A stretch of DNA of 64,000 nucleotides from an uncultured Rhizobium sp. (GTDB taxonomy: Bacteria > Pseudomonadota > Alphaproteobacteria > Rickettsiales > UBA1997). The position numbers were made by a program, and so were the translations under genes. The DNA lies in assembly GCA_964444545.1 (NCBI GenBank), contig CAYUHG010000003.1, forward strand, positions 36,106-100,105. The letters run 5' to 3'. This document shows, in pieces, positions 47,828 through 55,574 of the stretch; the first letter of the stretch is position 1; each line of letters opens with the position of its first letter. The notes under the pieces were generated by a model. The model was not told the origin of the DNA. It saw nothing but the letters and a program-made list of their open reading frames with translations, and searched no databases.

Positions 47828-48796
47828 ATGCAAATCGCAGCTCGTGTTGAATCAAATTACTGTGATCGTAATTTTGTACATAATTTAAGCAAAAATATAA
47901 AAAGTTTGAGCTTTTCTGAAATTTTTTTATTTGCTTTAAAACAGGCAAAAAAAGTCGAAATATCTGAGGTACTTAAAAAAATATGTGTTTCACCTCCATA
48001 TTTTGCATTTCAGGAAATCTATCGATACGAATCTTTTCTGATAGCTCCTATTACTCCACAACAAGTAATAGAGTTTGAAAGCACTCCAATGTCTTCCGCT
48101 GAAGCTGGTAGACACCTAGCAATATTGGGAAGCTGTTCTTTAGCTATTGATGAAGTTGAAAAAAATTATTATTTAGCTCACAAAGCTCTTAAAAAAATAG
48201 GATCTGATTTCAAAAACACTGAAAAACTATATGTTGTTGCCTGCCCTAGTTTATCAGAAAATGACAAGGGTTCGGCATCTTCTGCTTATACAGCTTTAGT
48301 TAATCAAAACGGAGACATAATATTTGAAATGGATATCCTATTCCAGAAAGTTTCAGTCAGACTTTTTAACAGAATATTCAAAGAGCATCTAAGAGAAACG
48401 CAATCTATTGACTACAATCCTTACGAGAAAGTTGTGCGTTTAATAAATATCACGGAGACTAATTCTGGAATCAAAGCTGAACTACCATTAATGAACGACT
48501 CAGAATGTTCTGGTCATTTTGATGGGGCTCCTATGTTACCAGTTGGAACTATGTCTTACATAATTACAAATCATATTGGTAATTTTCTTAGAAAGATTGA
48601 TGGACAATCAAATGGTAGATATTCATTAGTTAGTGCTGATTTAGAACTATTTGAACCAACAAATATAAGAAAAAGAGAATTCGTAGAAATAAATTATGGT
48701 GGAAAAATTGATAACGTTCACAATATCTCATGGGTTGTCAGAGGAGAATCCGGAAAAGAAAGAAATAGAATGCAGTTATTTTTTACCCATAAGTAA
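47828..48796 (+). CDS. Hypothetical protein with FabA/FabZ/AfsA-like hot-dog signature (possibly double hot-dog)
   Basis: GGGA lies 7 nt upstream of the ATG. The C-terminal half has CSGHFDGAPMLPVGTMSYIITNHIG (compare FabZ GHFPxxPVMPGV). The N-terminal half has AEAGRHLAILGSCSLAI. No other family recognised. Confidence 0.4.
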   Translation: MQIAARVESNYCDRNFVHNLSKNIKSLSFSEIFLFALKQAKKVEISEVLKKICVSPPYFAFQEIYRYESFLIAPITPQQVIEFESTPMSSAEAGRHLAILGSCSLAIDEVEKNYYLAHKALKKIGSDFKNTEKLYVVACPSLSENDKGSASSAYTALVNQNGDIIFEMDILFQKVSVRLFNRIFKEHLRETQSIDYNPYEKVVRLINITETNSGIKAELPLMNDSECSGHFDGAPMLPVGTMSYIITNHIGNFLRKIDGQSNGRYSLVSADLELFEPTNIRKREFVEINYGGKIDNVHNISWVVRGESGKERNRMQLFFTHK

Positions 48797-48823
48797 GTTT
48801 CGTTTTTTAGAGAGGAAATAAGG

Positions 48824-51439
48824 TTGTTGGTCGAAAAAATAGAGTACAATAAATATAATGTACTTGCTCTAGGGTTTCTTGCCACACTAGGACATCCTTC
48901 ATTTTGGATTATTTACACATACATTATTCCTCAAAAGTTTGAGAGTTTATATCTCAGAGGCTTTGGTTTTCTAAGCTGTCTAATCCTACTGCTTTTAGTT
49001 ACCTTCAAAAAGCATTTTGGCAGAGCTGAGATTTGTTACTGGATATTGTGTCTAGTATATAATCTCCCCTTCTTTTTCACAGTTACCCTAATAAACAATG
49101 ATTTTAGTGCTGTTTGGCTTGCGGCGGAAGTGGTGATGTTTGTTGTGATGATAATGGCTGTAGAAGGGTTATTAACGGCGATTTTTCTGATATTACTAGG
49201 AATAGTATCTGCTGTAGTTTTTTGTTCACAGTTTTATCCAGAAAATACGATATATCATCAAGTTATATTTGATATCATACCAATCTCTTTTTTTGGCATC
49301 GCAACTGCTGCAATATTCGGATATAGTAACGTCCAGGGTATGTCGATTAGCAAAGATGTAAAATATAAAAATGCCACCAACCTTCTTAAATCACTAGCTG
49401 GGTCAATTGCACATGAGATTAGGAATCCTCTCAATACAATAGATTTTGTTAGTTCACAGATGAATGATTTGCTAAAGAATGATCATAACTTAACGCAAGT
49501 AGAAGAAAAAATACTGTCTTTCAACTCTCAGATTTCAGATGCGGTCTCGAGCTCCAATAGGATCATAAATATGATACTAAGTGACTTGAGAGATTCTCCA
49601 ATTAGTGAACAAGATTTTTCTTATTTAAGTTCACAAGAAATTTTACATAAAATTATCAACAAATATGGCTATAAAACTACTGAAGAACGTAATAAAGTAA
49701 TATTTGATACATCTCTAACCGACAAAGGTTTTATCCTCCGAGTAGTAGAAGAACGCTTTACATTTGTAGTATACAATCTTCTCAAAAATGCACTTTACTA
49801 CTTAAAAGAATATCCAGATTCGACAGTTAGAATTGGTGCAGAATCTAAAGAAATAAATAATGTTATTTGGAATGTAATTTACATTCATGACACTGGTCCA
49901 GGAATTCCTAAAGATATAATTCCAAAACTATTTAATGACTTCTACACCTCTGGCAAAAAAGATGGAACAGGTCTCGGTTTGTCATTTTGTAAACGTAACA
50001 TGAAAGCATTTGGTGGCGACATCATCTGCGAATCAGAGCTTGGAAAATGGACTAAATTTAGTCTTTTATTTCCGAAGGTAGATCAGGATCTAATCAATCA
50101 AGAAGCCAATCAAATTTCTGACATAAACTCCGACGATAAAACGAAGAACAAACCATTCATCGCAATAGATAAAGATTCGGGAAAAACCAAAATTCTTTTG
50201 GTTGATGACGAGCAAACTAATCTTTTGATCACCAAGGCGATGATTGAAAAAAATCTCAATATTTTATGTGAGTTGGCTCATAGTGGAAAAGAGGCAATTG
50301 AGATTGAATCGCACCACATCGAGGATCATAAATTAATCATCACCGATATTCAGATGATGGAAACAAATGGAATTAGCGCTGCTAAAAATATCCGCGCTTT
50401 CAACAAAGAAATCCCGATTATTGCCCTTACCTCACTTGAATATGAAGATTTACAAAAAAACGATCACAATTATTTCAGCGATCATTTAAGCAAACCAGTG
50501 TCTGGGCATATTCTTTATCGAACTATTTCCAAATTTATTCCCGACTTAAAAGACAATATTGATTATCTAGGCGTTCCAGATCAGTACCTTCCTGACATCA
50601 AATCGAAGAAAATTTTGATCGTTGACGACCAAGAGCTGAATCTTTCGATTTTCTCGAAAAAAATGCAAAATCTTGGCATGGAAGTAACTAAAGCCACTGA
50701 TGGAAAAGAGATGGTGGAAGTATATCAAAATAGCTTAATTGAAGTCTTGGCAGAGGATGCTGAAAAAATCATTAAATCACAATTCGACATCATCGTAACT
50801 GACGTAAACATGCCAATCATGTCAGGAACTGATGGTGCAAAAAAAATTAGAGAAATCGAATCATCGAAAAACATTTCTTACAAAAATCGTATTCCAATTA
50901 TTGCTTTAAGTGGCGATGGCACTGAAGAAGACATAAAACATTTCTTCGAAGCCGGAATGAGCGACTATTTCATCAAAGGTTCGGACGTAAATAAGTTGAT
51001 CAAGATCATTACGATTTATCTCAATCCGGATAAGTCTTACAAAAGCTTGAATCACAAAAAAGAAGATGAAGATCTACACCATAAAATTGCTAACCAAATC
51101 AGTCATGAAGAAGACAATGACCAAATTCTTAATCAGGAAAAAATCATGCAATTCAGCAACGAAGATCGTCATGAGTTTCTGAAAATATTTTTAGAAGGCA
51201 GTCAAACTCAATTGAATAAGATTAAGCAAACTATTAGCGCTAACGACAATAAAGAGCTCTCTATCGCTTTACATGCTTTAAAAGGAATATCCGGCAACAT
51301 CGGCGCGGAGAGAGTATTCGCAGTGGTAACCAGAACTGATTATAATCTAAAAAATAACATCGCGGTTGGCGAAAATTGGTACGAAGAATTAAATACCGAA
51401 TATGAAAAGCTAAAATCGGAGATATCGAAGATTTTATAA
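48824..51439 (+). CDS. Hybrid sensor kinase C: CqsS/LqsS-like sensor, kinase core, two receivers, C-terminal Hpt
   Basis: TTG start with agagga 7 nt upstream. YNVLALGFLATLGHPSFWIIYTYIIPQKFESLYLR, AGSIAHEIRNPLNTI, GTGLGLSFCKRNMKAFGGDIICES, receivers LIITDIQM and IIVTDVNMP, Hpt motif LHALKGISGNIGA. Confidence 0.8.
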   Translation: MLVEKIEYNKYNVLALGFLATLGHPSFWIIYTYIIPQKFESLYLRGFGFLSCLILLLLVTFKKHFGRAEICYWILCLVYNLPFFFTVTLINNDFSAVWLAAEVVMFVVMIMAVEGLLTAIFLILLGIVSAVVFCSQFYPENTIYHQVIFDIIPISFFGIATAAIFGYSNVQGMSISKDVKYKNATNLLKSLAGSIAHEIRNPLNTIDFVSSQMNDLLKNDHNLTQVEEKILSFNSQISDAVSSSNRIINMILSDLRDSPISEQDFSYLSSQEILHKIINKYGYKTTEERNKVIFDTSLTDKGFILRVVEERFTFVVYNLLKNALYYLKEYPDSTVRIGAESKEINNVIWNVIYIHDTGPGIPKDIIPKLFNDFYTSGKKDGTGLGLSFCKRNMKAFGGDIICESELGKWTKFSLLFPKVDQDLINQEANQISDINSDDKTKNKPFIAIDKDSGKTKILLVDDEQTNLLITKAMIEKNLNILCELAHSGKEAIEIESHHIEDHKLIITDIQMMETNGISAAKNIRAFNKEIPIIALTSLEYEDLQKNDHNYFSDHLSKPVSGHILYRTISKFIPDLKDNIDYLGVPDQYLPDIKSKKILIVDDQELNLSIFSKKMQNLGMEVTKATDGKEMVEVYQNSLIEVLAEDAEKIIKSQFDIIVTDVNMPIMSGTDGAKKIREIESSKNISYKNRIPIIALSGDGTEEDIKHFFEAGMSDYFIKGSDVNKLIKIITIYLNPDKSYKSLNHKKEDEDLHHKIANQISHEEDNDQILNQEKIMQFSNEDRHEFLKIFLEGSQTQLNKIKQTISANDNKELSIALHALKGISGNIGAERVFAVVTRTDYNLKNNIAVGENWYEELNTEYEKLKSEISKIL

Positions 51440-51452
51440 TATTCCAAAACAA

Positions 51453-53579
51453 ATGTTCTCTGTCGTTCCAGCTGTCGTTGCTCTCTATTTTCTTCTTGTT
51501 GGGATTTTTGTAGTTCGGCAGAATCGAGGCAATCTTTTAGCTAAAACATTCTGTGCGATATGTGTGACTACTTTTAGTTGGCAGTTTGTTTGGTCCATTC
51601 TTTATCAAACTAAAAACCCTGAAAATGCTTATCTTTTAACTAAGATTGGTTGGATCTTTATACTTTTTTTACCTACTACAGCCTATCATTTTCTTATAAC
51701 CTTAAGTAACAAAAAATCTGAACTTAAGTTCGTTTATTTTTCTTATTTAGTCTCAGCACTTTTTCTATTCACCCTTCCTTCTGATTTAATGCTTGCTGGT
51801 GTTTATCAGTACTACTGGGGCTTTTATCCAAAAGCTGGAATACTACATCCCCTTCACGTTCTACAAACTGTTATTGTGGTGCTTAGAGGTTTATACGTAA
51901 CTTATCTGAAACAAAAAACATGCGATGATTACAAAACCAAATCACAATTACGATATTGTGTAGTCGCAATTTTCATATTCTTGATTGCCGCAATCGATTA
52001 TTTAGGAAATTATGGTCTAAATGTTTATCCATTCGGAATCGCTTTTCTCAGCACTTCGCTCACAATAATTTGCTACGCAATCGTACAACACCGCATCCTC
52101 GACTTAGATCGCGTTTTCATCCTTATCACAGCTCGAATCGTAATCTATTTATGTTTCTTAGGATTATTCGTGTGCTATGGATTTTTCTTTCTCGAAAATG
52201 ATGAATGGCAAAATTTCTATTTCTTCATTGCTGTCGCCGCAATTTTAGTATTGGTGTGCGAGACTTATTCCTACGTTATCCGCAGAGTCGAAAATCTTTT
52301 AAAAGTTATAATGATTCGACGTAAAGAAAGTGAAGATTGGAAAGATCTGCTGATTCGTCAATTAAATGAATCTTATTCTCTCGATCAGCTATATCACAAT
52401 ATGGAGTGGTTCTCGAAAAATGTTCTCGAAGTAAATCTAACCGGATTTTTTATCAGAAGTGATTTGCGCGGTAATGACAATTCGTCACATTATTTTGACT
52501 TGCTCAATCGCAATTATTTTGCTGGTTTTAGCCGAAGTTTTGCTAGCGAAGTACTTAAATCTAAAGCTCCAATTGAGAGAATTGATTACCCGAAAGAGTT
52601 AGAAGATCTAAAATCCAGCAAGGTTTTTGTACCTTTTATTCGCAATCAAGAAATCTCCGGATTTATGTTGGTTGATGCCAAAAAATCACTACAATTTCAA
52701 CACTACGAAATCTTTAATTTGTTGATTAGCCAAGTTGCTTTAACAGTTGATCGGATCTTGGCTTATCAAGAAATTTCACTGCAGAAACAAGAATTACAAA
52801 AGCAGGAATTTATTCGTGAAAAAGCCGAATCTTTAAGATCACTTGCTGGCTCAGTTGCTCATGAATTGCGCAATCCACTTGGTGTGATTAACTCGGCGCA
52901 GACGCAAATCAACTTGGTTTCTCGCAGTGTCAAATCCGAAAATTTAGACAAGTTTAAAGACAAAATCCAAAACCTCTCACACATCATCGCTGAATCTGTA
53001 GTTCAGGCCAACGACATCATCAACCTCACCTTGTCTGACGTTACGGGAAAAAAATTCAGCTCTGATCAAATTATCAACATCGACGCCAAAACTGTGATCA
53101 ATGAAATAGTCGAGAAATTTGGTTACGAAAATTCTGAGCAAAAAAATATCATAAAAATAAAGATCGACTCCTCCAACAGCTTCAACTTCAAAGCCAACCA
53201 TGAACGCTTCAGCTGCATCGCTTCCAACCTAATCCAAAACTCTCTTTATTACCTCAAAGATTTTGCAAACCTTAACATCACAATCGGCACCGAGCAAAAA
53301 GATTTCTTAGGCCAAAAATACAACGTAATCTACTTCCTAGACAACGGACCTGGAATCAAAACCGAAAACCTACAAAACATCTTCAATGACTTCTACACCG
53401 AAGGAAAAAACAACGGAACAGGACTGGGCTTGTCTTTCTGTAAACGTAACATGAAAGCCTTCGGCGGAGACATCATCTGCGAATCGCAACTCGGCAACGA
53501 AATAAATGGCCAAAGAGAAAATGGCCAAAGAGAAAATGGATGGACGAAATTTAGTTTGTTGTTTCCGCAAGTTTCATAA
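51453..53579 (+). CDS. Sensor kinase D: 7-TM (HisKA_7TM-like) sensor, uncharacterised linker domain, then a kinase core nearly identical to B
   Basis: The N-terminal ~280 aa form about 7 helices unrelated to the A/B/C/E sensors. Res ~290-450 are soluble (GAF/PAS-like?). From LAGSVAHELRNPLGVIN to the end it is nearly identical to kinase B. Confidence 0.8.
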   Translation: MFSVVPAVVALYFLLVGIFVVRQNRGNLLAKTFCAICVTTFSWQFVWSILYQTKNPENAYLLTKIGWIFILFLPTTAYHFLITLSNKKSELKFVYFSYLVSALFLFTLPSDLMLAGVYQYYWGFYPKAGILHPLHVLQTVIVVLRGLYVTYLKQKTCDDYKTKSQLRYCVVAIFIFLIAAIDYLGNYGLNVYPFGIAFLSTSLTIICYAIVQHRILDLDRVFILITARIVIYLCFLGLFVCYGFFFLENDEWQNFYFFIAVAAILVLVCETYSYVIRRVENLLKVIMIRRKESEDWKDLLIRQLNESYSLDQLYHNMEWFSKNVLEVNLTGFFIRSDLRGNDNSSHYFDLLNRNYFAGFSRSFASEVLKSKAPIERIDYPKELEDLKSSKVFVPFIRNQEISGFMLVDAKKSLQFQHYEIFNLLISQVALTVDRILAYQEISLQKQELQKQEFIREKAESLRSLAGSVAHELRNPLGVINSAQTQINLVSRSVKSENLDKFKDKIQNLSHIIAESVVQANDIINLTLSDVTGKKFSSDQIINIDAKTVINEIVEKFGYENSEQKNIIKIKIDSSNSFNFKANHERFSCIASNLIQNSLYYLKDFANLNITIGTEQKDFLGQKYNVIYFLDNGPGIKTENLQNIFNDFYTEGKNNGTGLGLSFCKRNMKAFGGDIICESQLGNEINGQRENGQRENGWTKFSLLFPQVS
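52842..53574 (+). repeat. Copy 2 of the ~720-bp near-identical direct repeat (kinase core of D)
   Basis: See 46809-47526. Contains one extra 15-bp unit relative to copy 1. Confidence 0.85.
53493..53540 (+). repeat. In-frame 15-bp tandem repeat in kinase D
   Basis: ggcaacgaaataaat (degenerate), then ggccaaagagaaaat x2 (53508-53537). Protein reads GNEINGQRENGQRENGWTKF. Confidence 0.8.
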
Positions 53580-53737
53580 GATATTAATAAAACCTCATTA
53601 CGAGAAGCACAGCCAGCCGGAAATCCAGTTTTAGATAGATTCTGGATTAACACGCTACGCTAACGATAACGAAGTGAATCGATATTTTTCATCGAATCAT
53701 AATCAAAAATTCGAGAACAATCATAAATATTACAAAC

Positions 53738-55567
53738 GTGTTTTTAGAGTACTTTGCGAACAAATTATCCAGCACCACTAAACTAGCAAAGTACAACATA
53801 ATAGCTCTTGGTGTAATAGGAACTTTTGGTCATCCATTGTACTGGGCGATATGGACTTATATTTTTCCTCAGCCATACGAAAATGTTTTTATAAGATTTT
53901 CTGCCGCAATTGCGTGCTTAGTTCTTTTATTGAACGAATATTTACCAGAAAGAACCAAAAGATATTTTCCAACCTATTGGTTTTGTGCTGTGATTTATGC
54001 ATTACCATTTTTGTTCACAGTGCATTTGATAAAGAATAATTTTTCGGACATCTGGATGATGTGCGAAGTTGGAATGGGTTTTATGGTTATTATATTCATT
54101 CCCGATGCATTATTGATGCTTTTAAATATTATACTGGGAGTAGTTCTGGCCATATGGTTTTGCAATATCTTCCCAGAAACATCTTCCGTAGTTTTAGAAA
54201 ATGGTGTCAGATTTTTTCCAGGAGATAAATATATTCCGATATGGACTTTTTTATTAGTTGCTGGCCCAGTTTTTAGTAACAGTGGAATCCTTGGCGCAAC
54301 ATATGAAAGGGCTAACAAAGTTCTAAGATATTCTTTAGCCATCGCCGGCTCAATCGCCCATGAATTACGTAATCCAATCAACACAATAAACTTAACTGGA
54401 ACACAGATTAAGAATTTGTTGAATCAAAGTTCTGATTTTAACAACAAAGAAAAAATCAGCTCTCTCACCGATCAAATTTCAGATTCAATTTCTGAGGCGA
54501 ATAACATCATCAATATTATCTTGAGCGATTTAAGCGAAAATCCGATTGATGACAAAGATTTTGTATTTTTACAGCCCAATTTGATAATTCCAAAAATAGT
54601 TCAGAACTACAGCTACAAGAATCAAGACGAGAAAAATTGCGTTCAACTTATCGTTAGTCCAAGTAATGATTTTACAATTAAAGCCGTTCCCGAGCGCTTC
54701 ACTTTTATCATCTATAATTTGCTCAAAAACGCTCTTTATTACTTGAATCAATATACTGATTTAAAAATCACAATTGGTGCCGAGGTCAGAGAAATCAAAG
54801 GAGTAAAATGGAATACAATTTACGTCCACGATACTGGCCCGGGAATTTCTCCAGAAATTATTTCGAAACTGTTTGATGATTTTTACACCAACAACAAAAA
54901 AGACGGAACCGGTTTGGGTTTGTCTTTTTGCAAACGCAACATGAAAGCGTTCGGCGGCGACATCATCTGCGAATCGCAATTCGGCAACGGAGCAAATTGT
55001 TGGACGAAATTTAGTTTATTGTTCCCACAAATTCAGCTTCCTACAGATCATAAATTTGACAATAAAATAACCCTTCAACCAACCAAAAACCCAAACAATT
55101 CAATGACTAATTTAAACACAAAAAATATTTCCGATTTTTCCGAGCTGCTCGCCAATAAAAAAATTCTTATTGCCGACGATCACGATCTCAGTCTTAAAAC
55201 GATGCAAGGTTGGTTAGAATGTTATGGCTGTGAAGTTTCTACAGCATTGAATGGCGAAGATTTAGTGCGCGCTTACAAAAACAATCTGGATCAAAATTAT
55301 AAATCAAATTTCGATCTGATTATTACTGATTTTTGTATGCCAATTAAAAATGGCGATGAAGTTGTTAGAGAAATTCGCGAACTGGAAAAGCAAAATAATG
55401 TTTCATCATGCAACGCCATTCCGATAATTGTTGTCAGCGGCAATGATGATAGAGAAACTATCAATACACTTCAAAAATTCCACTCTACCAAAAATTTCGT
55501 TAAAGGAGATAATTTAGAAAATCTTCTCGAAATTATCCTAGATCTTACAACGATCAGACAAATCTAA
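53738..55567 (+). CDS. Hybrid sensor kinase E: CqsS/LqsS-like sensor, kinase core, receiver
   Basis: GTG start. YNIIALGVIGTFGHPLYWAIWTYIFPQPYENVFIRF, YFPTYWFCAV, LPFLFTVHLIKNNFSDIWMMCE, AGSIAHELRNPINTI, GTGLGLSFCKRNMKAFGGDIICES, receiver LIITDFCMP. Confidence 0.8.
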   Translation: MFLEYFANKLSSTTKLAKYNIIALGVIGTFGHPLYWAIWTYIFPQPYENVFIRFSAAIACLVLLLNEYLPERTKRYFPTYWFCAVIYALPFLFTVHLIKNNFSDIWMMCEVGMGFMVIIFIPDALLMLLNIILGVVLAIWFCNIFPETSSVVLENGVRFFPGDKYIPIWTFLLVAGPVFSNSGILGATYERANKVLRYSLAIAGSIAHELRNPINTINLTGTQIKNLLNQSSDFNNKEKISSLTDQISDSISEANNIINIILSDLSENPIDDKDFVFLQPNLIIPKIVQNYSYKNQDEKNCVQLIVSPSNDFTIKAVPERFTFIIYNLLKNALYYLNQYTDLKITIGAEVREIKGVKWNTIYVHDTGPGISPEIISKLFDDFYTNNKKDGTGLGLSFCKRNMKAFGGDIICESQFGNGANCWTKFSLLFPQIQLPTDHKFDNKITLQPTKNPNNSMTNLNTKNISDFSELLANKKILIADDHDLSLKTMQGWLECYGCEVSTALNGEDLVRAYKNNLDQNYKSNFDLIITDFCMPIKNGDEVVREIRELEKQNNVSSCNAIPIIVVSGNDDRETINTLQKFHSTKNFVKGDNLENLLEIILDLTTIRQI

Positions 55568-55574
55568 AATCATC

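Noticed and set aside
46809-53574. The two ~720-bp near-identical segments as the ends of a composite transposon or IS copies
   Set aside because: No transposase, terminal inverted repeats or target duplications are visible. Both copies are in-frame kinase cores, so paralogy with gene conversion explains them.
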